A stretch of DNA of 64,000 bases from sequence record PP856017.1, one strand, 5' to 3'. The number at the start of each line of letters is the position of its first letter. Position 1 is the first letter of the stretch. A program made the position numbers and the translations under genes. Under the pieces are notes generated by a model, which worked only from the letters and a program-made list of their open reading frames with translations, was not told the origin of the DNA and did no database searches. This document shows positions 27,411-37,200 of this stretch, in pieces.

Positions 27411-28709
27411 TTACGACGGGAAGCGTTGAACGCCGACCATGACGTAGTTGTTGTTACCGTCGATGAGTGCGGCGTTGTTGCCCAGCTGGTTCGACACGAG
27501 CAGGTAGACGTAAGTCAGCTGTCCGTTAACAGTGCCCTTGTAGGCCTTGTAGTGAACCACTGCACCGTCAACCGGCTTGCCTGCCGACTGGAATGCCGGG
27601 AACATGGCCGAATCGCTTTCGCCGTTCGAATACTGAACGTTGCCAGCGCCGTCCCACGTTGCGACATCCTTCTTCGAGCAATCCTGGTATTCGTCGAATT
27701 GCTTGCCGGCGAGCTCCGTCGCGTCGGTGACTTCGGTCAGATCGGTCGATGCGAACACGTATTGGCCTTGGCTCGTGCCGTTGTTGCTAGCACACAGCAT
27801 GCCCACACGGTTACCCAGCGTCGAGATGACGCCGGTGAACGAACCTGCATCGGTGAACGACGTCACGTTGCCGTTGGCGTCGATGTTAGCCTTCGCCGAC
27901 AGCGAACCGCGATTCGGATCCGTGATGGCGATGCCGAACGTGTTGTCCAGGTTGATGGACGAACCGATGTTGAAGCTGGTCAGGTTGGGCGTGGTGAAAG
28001 CGATAGCCGAGAACGCTTGCTTGGTGAGCGTCGTGTCCGCGGTTGCAACCTTCGCCGTAACGTCGTTCTGCGTGAGACCGGCCGCCTTAAGCGACGTAGC
28101 GTACTGATCCAGCAGTGCGTCGTTCGCGTCCCCCTTCACAGCGCCGAAGGTCGAGTTGATGGGATTGAAGCCATCTGCCAGCTTCAGTTGGCCCGGCAGA
28201 GTCTGGATCGCTGCAGCGACCTTCGCGAGCGAAGCGGAGAGCTTGTCTGCGGTGATGCTACCCGACAGACTGCCCGACGTTGCGCCATTGAAGAAGTCTG
28301 CCGGAGCTTGCCCTGCCATTGCACCGACCATCGCATCCGTGAGCGGCGTGATGTTCGACGTACCCGGAGCAGGAGCCACCGAATACAATGCCTGGGAAAG
28401 GGCCTGGCCGTTCGCCTGACCGCCTGCCACCTGAATGGCACACGGATAGTCGTCCTGACTCAGCGTGGCCGTGTAGAGGCCGTTTGCGTCGGTCTGGGCG
28501 GTATGGCTATCGCCCGTCACGCACTTGAACGTCACGGTCGCACCGATGATGGGTGCGCCGATTGCTGCGGTGCCGCGAGTGACGACTTGCGGTTGATCGC
28601 CGTGGTCGTTCGGATTGCTTGCGTCGTTGCTACCACCGCCACCACCACCGCATGCTGCGAGTGCGAATGCCAGCGTGAAAACTGCGGCCAATTTGAGATT
28701 GGTTTTCAT
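27411..28709 (-). CDS. Bacterial-type lipoprotein (Burkholderiales-like, Ig/carboxypeptidase-regulatory-like N-domain)
   Basis: Lipobox LAA|C followed by GGGGGGS linker; GTAAIGAPIIGATV...TDANGLY...NITPLT pattern common in betaproteobacterial lipoproteins. Confidence 0.75.
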   Translation of the reverse strand: MKTNLKLAAVFTLAFALAACGGGGGGSNDASNPNDHGDQPQVVTRGTAAIGAPIIGATVTFKCVTGDSHTAQTDANGLYTATLSQDDYPCAIQVAGGQANGQALSQALYSVAPAPGTSNITPLTDAMVGAMAGQAPADFFNGATSGSLSGSITADKLSASLAKVAAAIQTLPGQLKLADGFNPINSTFGAVKGDANDALLDQYATSLKAAGLTQNDVTAKVATADTTLTKQAFSAIAFTTPNLTSFNIGSSINLDNTFGIAITDPNRGSLSAKANIDANGNVTSFTDAGSFTGVISTLGNRVGMLCASNNGTSQGQYVFASTDLTEVTDATELAGKQFDEYQDCSKKDVATWDGAGNVQYSNGESDSAMFPAFQSAGKPVDGAVVHYKAYKGTVNGQLTYVYLLVSNQLGNNAALIDGNNNYVMVGVQRFPS

Positions 28710-28740
28710 GTTCTACGGTCCTTTTCTTCTGAGATAAAAA

Positions 28741-28766
28741 AGTGGGTCTACCCTCGTAGACCCATT
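28741..28766 (-). terminator. Hairpin plus U-tract
   Basis: TGGGTCTAC-CCTC-GTAGACCCA then T-run on minus strand. Confidence 0.65.
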
Positions 28767-28792
28767 GTAAAAGGTTTACTACGTACTACTTA

Positions 28793-29554
28793 CTACTGGC
28801 CCTTGTGACCACCATGTTGCTGGTCATGTTGGCGACGACCGCCGTGACGGCGTTCTTCACGACGGCCCTGACCTGCGCTTTGAAACGCACGGGTCATCTG
28901 GTTTTCCCCCGGAGTAGCGAGTTCGACTGCGCGATCGGATGGAGCGGGAGCACCCGGCAGATCGACGAGATGACCGGGAGCCGAGACTTCGGTCATGTGT
29001 TCACCTTCGACAGGTGCCGGACCCACTGCTTCCTTGCCGGCCGGCTTGTGACCGGAATGCCACTGCCAGTGAACGCCCGAGTCCTGGTGAACGATGGCGG
29101 TCGGCGGCGTGTGTTCTTCTTCACCTTCGGAATTCCACGGACGGAAGCCGAACAGCCGGTCGATGACCTTCAGGTCGGTCGTGATCGGCGTGGTGATGTT
29201 CAGTTCACGCAGCGTGTCTTCGCTGGTGCACTTGATGTTGTAAATGTTCGACCACGGGCCGATTGCATAGCAAACGGCGATCAGATCTTCGTGATGGGCG
29301 ATCACGAAGTACTGGCGGTTTTCGAACGGGTCGCGGATCACGACGAACTTGCCCTGGTTCAGCAGCTGCGCATAGTGCGTAGCCAGTGCCGGGATCTTCA
29401 TCGTGATGCGTTGATCGTTGCCTGCGTCACCATGCTCATACACGCTGGCGTATGCCGTCATCAGCACGTCGAGGCCGAGATCCTTGATCTTCAGTTCGTC
29501 GGTACGCAGGGCTTGCTTGACACGTTGGGTCAGGTATGCGGAAGTTTTGCTCAT
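28793..29554 (-). CDS. Hypothetical protein with disordered Arg/Gly/His-rich C-terminus
   Basis: 253 aa, GGAG RBS. Confidence 0.7.
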   Translation of the reverse strand: MSKTSAYLTQRVKQALRTDELKIKDLGLDVLMTAYASVYEHGDAGNDQRITMKIPALATHYAQLLNQGKFVVIRDPFENRQYFVIAHHEDLIAVCYAIGPWSNIYNIKCTSEDTLRELNITTPITTDLKVIDRLFGFRPWNSEGEEEHTPPTAIVHQDSGVHWQWHSGHKPAGKEAVGPAPVEGEHMTEVSAPGHLVDLPGAPAPSDRAVELATPGENQMTRAFQSAGQGRREERRHGGRRQHDQQHGGHKGQ

Positions 29555-29627
29555 GATTGTTCTCCGAAAGGAATTTTTGCCAAAAAAGATTTGATTGTAA
29601 ACCAGAGACTACAGAAACATAGCCCAC

Positions 29628-29659
29628 GCATAGATCCTGCCTTGCGGCAGGATCTATGC
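29628..29659 (-). terminator. 14-bp hairpin with TATG at 29621
   Basis: GCATAGATCCTGCC-TTGC-GGCAGGATCTATGC. Confidence 0.72.
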
Positions 29660-29673
29660 TGGGTGCCGGGCTC

Positions 29674-30180
29674 TTACGAGCCGAATGCCGACGTGAACGA
29701 CTGGTTGATCGCCTCGCGAACCTTCGCGAGATCACCGCGCGAGTTCTTCGCGCCGTACGTTGCGTACTTCACCGTCGACGAGCCGTAAACGTCCTTCTCG
29801 CCGTCGACCTTGAAGTTGCCCGATTCCTTGTCCAGGACACGGTTCGGAACACGCGAATGACGCTCGAACGAGATGTCGAGCGAGCCGCGGCCGATTTCGA
29901 ACGAACCCGAGGCAGTGCCCAGGGTCTTGTGCTTCTTCATGGCGCCTTCGGCTGCACGACCGGCTGCGTGCGTGATGCCGGCGATGAAGTCGCTGCGGTA
30001 GTTGTCGTCGTCGATCATCTGATCGACATTGCGGCCGTCTTCGGTCGCGACGGTGCGGAATACGGTCTTCTGGACTTCTTCGTCGAAGTTGCCCTTCTCG
30101 TCGACCTTGCCGTCGAGTTGCGTGAAGATGCGATCCGAAAGAGATTGGATCTTGGCCGGCAATTTGAACTGTTCGCTCAT
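29674..30180 (-). CDS. Hypothetical protein
   Basis: 168 aa, AAGGAAA RBS, strongly biased codon usage suggesting high expression. Confidence 0.75.
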   Translation of the reverse strand: MSEQFKLPAKIQSLSDRIFTQLDGKVDEKGNFDEEVQKTVFRTVATEDGRNVDQMIDDDNYRSDFIAGITHAAGRAAEGAMKKHKTLGTASGSFEIGRGSLDISFERHSRVPNRVLDKESGNFKVDGEKDVYGSSTVKYATYGAKNSRGDLAKVREAINQSFTSAFGS

Positions 30181-30250
30181 CGCGATATTTCCTTTTAGAA
30201 AAGTTTTGAAGCGTTAACGTTAACTACAATTTTCGGTCTAGGCTGCTAGC

Positions 30251-30700
30251 TTAGCTTCGACCACCGAAACGACGGTTGTTATTGTTATAACCCCCACCGC
30301 CTTGATACGACTTCGGACGATCGTACGACTTCTTCTCGAACGTCCGCGGAGCTTCGTAGACCGGCGCATTCACGTCGACCTTCGGAGCAACGTACGGCTT
30401 GGCCTGGTTCAGATTGTACTTCGTCACGAACTTGGCCTTGAAACCCTTGTTGAAATCCAGATCGGGATCCGGCATGAAGATGAACACGTACTTGCCGTCA
30501 CGCTGGGTGATGATCGGCATCTTGTACTTGTCCTTCCAGTCTGCCGGAACCAGACTCTGATCGAAACTCACGAGTTCGTGTATCGGCGAACCCGGTTCGA
30601 TGAAGCTGGAATTCGCTTTACCGATGGCTTTCTCCAAGCCGTCGATAGTGTATTCTTTATCCAGGAACTTAATGATCCCGGAATTCGTACCATTGGTCAT
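30251..30700 (-). CDS. Hypothetical protein with G/Y/N/R-rich tail
   Basis: 149 aa, GAGGA RBS; TATATAAC early-like motif at 30815-30822. Confidence 0.72.
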   Translation of the reverse strand: MTNGTNSGIIKFLDKEYTIDGLEKAIGKANSSFIEPGSPIHELVSFDQSLVPADWKDKYKMPIITQRDGKYVFIFMPDPDLDFNKGFKAKFVTKYNLNQAKPYVAPKVDVNAPVYEAPRTFEKKSYDRPKSYQGGGGYNNNNRRFGGRS

Positions 30701-30814
30701 TTGATCCTCAATTGTAAAATTGACCCGTGTTCATCTCTAAACCAGAGATGTGTCCACTATTTTTTTACGAGTTTGAAACCGGATTATCAAAGTTTACTCA
30801 GGAAACTCACTGTT

Positions 30815-30822
30815 GTTATATA
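30815..30822 (-). promoter_or_regulatory. Early-promoter variant TATATAAC
   Basis: One mismatch to TATATTAC, in TCAAGC-ATATATAACAA context like other copies. Confidence 0.5.
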
Positions 30823-30846
30823 TGCTTGAAAATAATTAGAAAGCAT

Positions 30847-30877
30847 AATCTACAGGGGCTTTTGGCCCCTGTAGATT
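30847..30877 (-). terminator. Hairpin after protease gene, TATG at stem end
   Basis: AATCTACAGGGGC/GCCCCTGTAGATT 13-bp stem. Confidence 0.75.
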
Positions 30878-30887
30878 AGCATGACGA

Positions 30888-31670
30888 TTACAACTTCTTG
30901 GTGTTCATCAGTTCGAAGAAGTTGCGTTTCGCTTGTGGCGTATCGCGAACTTCCCAACCCAGTGCACCCATGAGTGCCTGAATCGGAATACCGACCGATT
31001 CATTCGAACCCGGACGCTGACGGATGTTGCGTGCGGATTGCTGAACCGCACCCTGCGTGAAGATCTTCGATGCATGACCTTCGAGCGAAGGCGAGTCGTA
31101 TTTCGTAGCCATGACGATACCAGGCTCGTTCACGTAGTCGAAAGTGACCACATGCTTCATCTCCTTGATCACGCGGCCACCGACGCGGTGAGGCATCGAG
31201 AAACAGCGAATCGAGAAGCACACGTTTTCGTGACCGTTCTGGATCGACTTCTCCAGTGCAGGACCGAACGGACCCGACGGAGAGACTTCGGACATGATGC
31301 CAACGATGGGCTTGCCACCAGCATCCTTGAAGTGATCGAAGTCCAGATAGATGCGCTTGTGATGGCAGCACGCACTCTGTTCGTCGATACGCAGGAGACG
31401 TTCAACGAACTTGTCGTCCGATTGACCCGTCTCCTGATTCGGGTGACCGTACTCACCACGCAGAACGCCCTTCCCCGCCATACGAACGAGATCGCTCGCT
31501 TCGTTGAAGAACTTCTTGCCGTAGTTGTAGTCGTAGAACTCACCCTTGTTGTTGGTCATGTTCAACGCACCCACGATCATGTCGTAGTATCCGTTGCCAT
31601 TGGGTTTGAGCGTTCCTGCCTTATTGGTCCCGTTCAGGACCTGGCAGCTGAACTCGACGGCGCCTTGCAT
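30888..31670 (-). CDS. Prohead (head maturation) protease, phiKZ gp175-like
   Basis: GEYGHP (His), FSIR (Ser), VTFDYVNEPG (Asp); SPSLE|G candidate autocleavage site. Confidence 0.9.
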   Translation of the reverse strand: MQGAVEFSCQVLNGTNKAGTLKPNGNGYYDMIVGALNMTNNKGEFYDYNYGKKFFNEASDLVRMAGKGVLRGEYGHPNQETGQSDDKFVERLLRIDEQSACCHHKRIYLDFDHFKDAGGKPIVGIMSEVSPSGPFGPALEKSIQNGHENVCFSIRCFSMPHRVGGRVIKEMKHVVTFDYVNEPGIVMATKYDSPSLEGHASKIFTQGAVQQSARNIRQRPGSNESVGIPIQALMGALGWEVRDTPQAKRNFFELMNTKKL

Positions 31671-31690
31671 CTTTAGCCTCTTTGCGAAAA

Positions 31691-32413
31691 TTACATACGG
31701 AGATATTCTTCGATTTGCTCGACACGCTCCGAAGGATTGTTCAGTGCTGCAATGATCCCTCGTTGTTGATACGAACCCGCGATACGGGTAAGCGTCGAGC
31801 TGGCCGAGTACTCGATGGTACGAATCGAAGTCGGCACAGATTCTTTTTCGATGAGGTCTTTCTCCGTCTTGATCTCGTGACGGAAATACTTCGACCGGTC
31901 TTTCGCAAGACGCGTGTTGGTGGCGACAATCAGTTCAGTAATTTCGCTCTGTTCCGTGATGTTCGTACCAGCGTAATTCGGTGCTGAGTCAAACACCTTG
32001 CATCGGTCCAGGTAATTCATGAACCAGGGCACACGAGCCTTAGCGATGATCTCGGTGAAGATGTGGTACACCAGACCACTGTTCCTCACCAGGTCCATGT
32101 TCGGGCACACGACCGTGTTCTTGTCGAAGTTGTAGAGGACGTAGATGTCCCCATCGACGTCAACTTCCGAAATGGATGTCGGCGTCAAAGGAATGAACGC
32201 ATTCGTCATGGTGATACAATAGCGGTTTCCCACAATCCATGCACAAATGCCGATGGTCTTGTTTTCGGAGCCGACCGTCGCGAGCTTCACTTCGACGAAG
32301 CGCTTGGGGATCATGATCGAGCAAGCATCTGCCGCCATGAGAGCCCCAGTCTTCGTGGTCACGAAACTACGCTTCGCGACTTCAGGATCACGAATGAGTT
32401 TCGTGACGTCCAT
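31691..32413 (-). CDS. phiKZ gp176-like virion protein (candidate accessory vRNAP subunit)
   Basis: 240 aa; position between protease and gp177-like gene; accessory-subunit role is recalled from SPN3US work. Confidence 0.6.
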   Translation of the reverse strand: MDVTKLIRDPEVAKRSFVTTKTGALMAADACSIMIPKRFVEVKLATVGSENKTIGICAWIVGNRYCITMTNAFIPLTPTSISEVDVDGDIYVLYNFDKNTVVCPNMDLVRNSGLVYHIFTEIIAKARVPWFMNYLDRCKVFDSAPNYAGTNITEQSEITELIVATNTRLAKDRSKYFRHEIKTEKDLIEKESVPTSIRTIEYSASSTLTRIAGSYQQRGIIAALNNPSERVEQIEEYLRM

Positions 32414-33846
32414 TAGCCGACTTCGATCTGGTCAGCAAACCAGCAGGCGACGTAGTTCAGAACAGCCAGGTTCAGCGCATCTTCCGTGCTGATGTCGGCG
32501 TTCATGCTCATCGCTTCGTTCACGCCGCGCAGGATTTCGATTGCGTCGGTGTGATTGAACAGCGTGTGGCATACTGCCTTCATCGCCAGGATGTCGATAT
32601 CCTTCAGTTCCGGATTGTACACGCGGGAGACGAACTCTTCGGTGTTGTCCAGAATCTTGTTCGCGTTCTGACGAACAACTTCGTCGTCGGTCGAGCGAAT
32701 GTACTGACGGATGAATTCGGCGATAGCGCGCCGTACCGAAATCAGCAGGCCGCCTTCAGCAGCTTGCTTGGCCAGCGTCACCTGGTAGCTCCAGGCTTGC
32801 TTGTACTTCTCGACACCAGCGACGATGTCTTCGAGGTACGTCTTCTTGTCACCCGAGATCGCAGCACCCAGGATCGTTTCGACGTCGCCACCTTCTTCCA
32901 TGAACTTGTCGTACACGGCTTTGTTGACGTACACAGTCTTGTTGTCCACGCGGTCGATCAGCTTGCCGATCTTCAGCTGCTGGTTGCGATACTCCGACGC
33001 GATGTACAACGCTGCACCCGAGACTTCTTGCAGGTTGCGCAGCGCGAACGTGTACTTCGAACCCGACAGACCGTTCGTGCCCGTACCGATCGGCACACCT
33101 TCGCCGCCGATCAGAAGGCGCGTAGCGAACAGGTACGTTGCGAAGTTGCGGGCCAGACCCTTGACGCGATCAGCACGGAAGTCGTCATACGTACGGAAGT
33201 TCGAGTTCTTGTGCGAGAACACCGTGTCCCACACTTCGCGAACCAGTTGGATGCCTTCGTTGGCGACGAATTCGTCGATCGCCGTATCGTAGGCTTCCGC
33301 ACCGATCTTCAGCAGTGCCAGCATCTCTTCGTCCGTCAGTGACGGATAGTCGAGTACCAGCGGCTGGTTTTCTTGCGGCGTGAGCTTGCTGAATTCTTCC
33401 AGCTTGCTGGCGATTGCCGGAACGTCGAACAACGGCGAGCCTGTGACCATTTCGACCGAGTAGCTGCGCACACCGACGCTCTCGTCGATGTTCATCACTT
33501 CCTTCAGCTTGTTGTGCAGCTCATGCACAGCCGGGATGACGACGGTGGTTGCGAACGCCACGTGACCAGCCAGCGCGCTACCCAGTGCAGCGGTTGCCTG
33601 ATCCATGTAGACGTCGTGCAATTGTTCCTGCACTTCGCCGTTCACGATCTGCGTTTCGTTGCCCGTGTACATCTTGGCCGGCAAGGCGTCGATTTCACCC
33701 AGGCAGTCGATTGCGTTTCCCCAGATTTTGGTGGCCGCGAGCGCTTCAGCGATCGGCGAACCAGCCACAGGACGCAGCGTCACGCCTTTATCGGCGAGGA
33801 TTGCGACGAGGTCCTTGGACGAGTTCAGTGCTTCGAGAGTCAGCAT
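32413..33846 (-). CDS. phiKZ gp177-like head/ejection protein
   Basis: Start ATG 33846 (AAGGAAA RBS); HVAFATTVVIP motif; synteny. Confidence 0.68.
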   Translation of the reverse strand: MLTLEALNSSKDLVAILADKGVTLRPVAGSPIAEALAATKIWGNAIDCLGEIDALPAKMYTGNETQIVNGEVQEQLHDVYMDQATAALGSALAGHVAFATTVVIPAVHELHNKLKEVMNIDESVGVRSYSVEMVTGSPLFDVPAIASKLEEFSKLTPQENQPLVLDYPSLTDEEMLALLKIGAEAYDTAIDEFVANEGIQLVREVWDTVFSHKNSNFRTYDDFRADRVKGLARNFATYLFATRLLIGGEGVPIGTGTNGLSGSKYTFALRNLQEVSGAALYIASEYRNQQLKIGKLIDRVDNKTVYVNKAVYDKFMEEGGDVETILGAAISGDKKTYLEDIVAGVEKYKQAWSYQVTLAKQAAEGGLLISVRRAIAEFIRQYIRSTDDEVVRQNANKILDNTEEFVSRVYNPELKDIDILAMKAVCHTLFNHTDAIEILRGVNEAMSMNADISTEDALNLAVLNYVACWFADQIEVG

Positions 33847-33859
33847 GATGTTTGTTTCC

Positions 33860-34135
33860 TTACAGACCGGCGTTAACGTTCGGGTTCGAACCACCGCTCG
33901 TGTGATCGCCCTGCTGCACCGACTTGTTGAATTGCCCCGTCGGCATTGCACGCAGCGCGCCTTCGAGTTTCTTGTGGACCTTCGTCATGAACAGGCGATA
34001 CACGGTATCGCGTGCTGCCGGCTGACCGAAGAAGTTGCGCACGTTGTCGTTGGTCATCATCGATGCCACGGTGTTACGCGTCAACTCGGCACCGTTGGCC
34101 AAGATGGCCATGTTCGTTTCGGGCGAGGATTGCAT
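33860..34135 (-). CDS. Small conserved hypothetical protein in the vRNAP cluster
   Basis: 91 aa, CAGGA RBS. Confidence 0.65.
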   Translation of the reverse strand: MQSSPETNMAILANGAELTRNTVASMMTNDNVRNFFGQPAARDTVYRLFMTKVHKKLEGALRAMPTGQFNKSVQQGDHTSGGSNPNVNAGL

Positions 34136-34178
34136 GTTGGATTCCTGTTAAAAAAGATGCTGATTTCTCGACAGACAT

Positions 34179-34207
34179 AAATGGGTGAGGACTGGCCTCA
34201 CCCATTT
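34179..34207 (-). terminator. Hairpin after vRNAP beta gene, TATG at stem end
   Basis: AAATGGGTGAGG/CCTCACCCATTT. Confidence 0.72.
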
Positions 34208-34218
34208 TTCGTTTCGGA

Positions 34219-37200
34219 TTACGAGTCGTATGCAGCCACTACCAGCTCTGCACCCTTCATCAGAATGGCAGTTGTCGTGCCACTGATATCAGGCGAATTC
34301 ACAATACGACGTGCAATCGACGTGTAGCTGAAGCGCCCAAGGATCTTCGTGCCGTCCTGGGCTTTCATGGGTTCTTTGATGACTTTGCCGATAATCGACT
34401 TCAGCTGGTTCACCAGAACAATCTTGTCACCCACGCCAGCAGGCTCCGGCCCAGTGATGTAGATACGAATTGCAACCGAGTCCAGAGGAATGGAATTCCC
34501 CTTAACCTTGAAGCCTTCGTCCACAGCACCAGTCACTACAGTCTTGTTGGCCGACTTTCGACGGTGTGCAATTTCACGGTCCGACGCAGAGACAATCTTC
34601 TTGATGCTCTCAGACATGTCTTCTTTGTCGCCGCGATAGAACACCTCGATGCGTTCAACTACGCCGTCGTATTTCGCTTTGGGAGCTTGAGAGCCGAGGG
34701 CTTTCAAACTATCAATGTCTGCTTCATCGTAGAGGTCGAGACCCGACGTGATCTCGTCCTGAATGATACACAGAACATCGTCATATTTGACTGCATCGCC
34801 AGTCTTGATCAGGCGAGCAATCTCCTGAGTGAACTTGACGATAATCGTCCGCTGTTTTGTCTGTTCGGTCATCAGCATGTCGGCCAGTTCCTGGGCGATC
34901 ACGCTTGCATCTTCAATGACGTCTGCAGGTTCGCACAGAGCGAAGTGGGCGTAAGTACCATTACACCACACAACCTGCCTCGGGTTCAGCGTATCGGGTT
35001 TGAAGAATCCCTTGTTGAAGGTAATTGCATCGCCTTCGGTAAACTTCGCACCCGCTTTGAGATTGGTCACGAGGGTATGCGGAATCGTCATCCCGGCGTT
35101 TTCACCGTACTGCCGTCCCAGCGGATAACCCTTGGTCGTACCGTCAGCGTACTGAACGGTAATGCCATGATCGGTAATTTCCTTGACCGTGCCTTTTTGC
35201 TTGGCGGTCACAGCGAAGAGTTCGCTCGTGCGGTGAGGAATCACGCGATCGTAACCTGTGCTCAGGATGTTTTCCATCTGACCGTTCACAGCCACACCGT
35301 GCTCATGTTGAATGGAAATAAAACCCATCCGCTTCATGTCGTCACGGGTAGCACCGGGGGAAGCCAGAACACTCGACGAGAAAATGGAACTCATCGAGAG
35401 ATCCTTTTCCTTCGGCGGTACAGGCATACCCAGTGTGTTGGTCAGCTGAGGATTCGGTGCCATGTAGGTGTTGATGCCGACTTCGCCCGAGTCCTTCGTA
35501 GCTTCAGAGATGATACCGATGTCGTTCTTCCCGTATTCACGGGTAGCGGCAGTCATGGTGTCTTTTGAACGACCACCTGCGCCAGTGAACGTGACTTCCT
35601 CACGCATCTTCAGGTTTGCAATCGGATTGATATCCTTCACCACGACAATCGACGGATCTTCAGCCAACGATTGCCAGATGGCAAAAGGTTTCATCTCGAT
35701 TGGGTAACGGCTCTTGCCAGGACGCGCGTTGTGGCTGCGCATCGACTTCACCAGTTCCTGGTAAACGGCACCTGCAATACGTTCGTAACCCTTGATGCGC
35801 ATTTCGCTCATGTCGAGTTCCGGACGATGCATGTCGTCCAACAGAAGTTCGGTTGCAAAGACCAGAATACCCATGAAGTCGGTCGGCTCCTTCAACTGGA
35901 GCAGCACATCCTTGGTGATCGGGTCGACGAACATGTCGCGAGCCAGCGTGATTTCACGCAGCACCCGAGTACCACCACCCGTCGTATCCAGAACGTTCTG
36001 ATAAACGCCCGGCTGATCGAAGTCCGTAATCGAGAAACCACGGATGATTCGACGGAATTCCTGGAAGCCGCCCAAGAGCAGACATGCAAGACGATCGTTC
36101 TTGGAGAAGAGCAGCGTTTCATCGCTAAACACCAGAGCCACTTCGTCAGGCTGTTGTTGAGTACGCGTACCAACAGGCACACGACGAGTCTTGATCTTCA
36201 GACGCTTGATTAGTTCAGTCAGACCGTAATCCCAGGCGAGAATCATACCAATCGGCACGTACTTACCAGCGATCTTGATCTCGACGAATTCAGCCGGCAT
36301 GCCCGACATATCCAGACCGAGGATTTCTTCCATCTCTCCGAGAGGCTTAACTGCCTCACCCGAGATCAGGTAGAAGCTGTCGCCTTCGTAGTAGATTATT
36401 TTGCGTTTGTCGCTGATGGCAATCGGCACGAACCCCTTATCGATCCAGGGTTGAACCACGGCCATGTTGAAGTTCTCATCGATCTTCGAGAGATCGAGGT
36501 GGAAGACAAAGCTTTCGCCTTCAGTGGTCTTCAGCGTGAACTCCTTGATCTGGTGCGCAAGCGCCGAGATCGATCGAGGAGCCTTGATGTCCATGTGGAA
36601 GACATTAGCGGTCTTGACGTCCGTCACGATGTCGATCGAGTTATCGAAACCCAACGACATGACTTCGTTGATCAGCCATTGCTGGTAATCATTCACAGCT
36701 TTGCGGCTACGGTAGATGAAGAACTTACCGTAGTAGCTCGTAATCGCCACGCGATTCGGTGCCACCTTACGGATCGGGAAGTCGCCGCGCTGATTACGCA
36801 TTGCATACTTCACGCCGTTAGCCGTGTACGTACCGTCTTCCTGAATCTCAGGGATTGGGAAACGCAGTGTGGTCGGTGCACCTTCAACAGGCACGATGCG
36901 AGCAACGAAGTTGTTGTTCGAACCCTGAATCGTCTCAGTCCTTTCGACTTCGAGGTGATCCAACATCACGTTCGCAGACTGAACGTGGGTGATCATCTTG
37001 AGCACGTGCTTGTTCAGCGTATGCTTGATGTAGGTTTGCTGGCTCTTTTCGATGGATGAATGCAACATCGACTCATCCACGACCACAGCGTTAGGCGCCA
37101 CGACGTGTTTGGTATCGACCTTGATCTCGTCCGGATGGATTTCCATCGCATCGACCAGAGTTCCCTTCCCGCCGAACGGATGAGGAATAGTTTTGTACTT

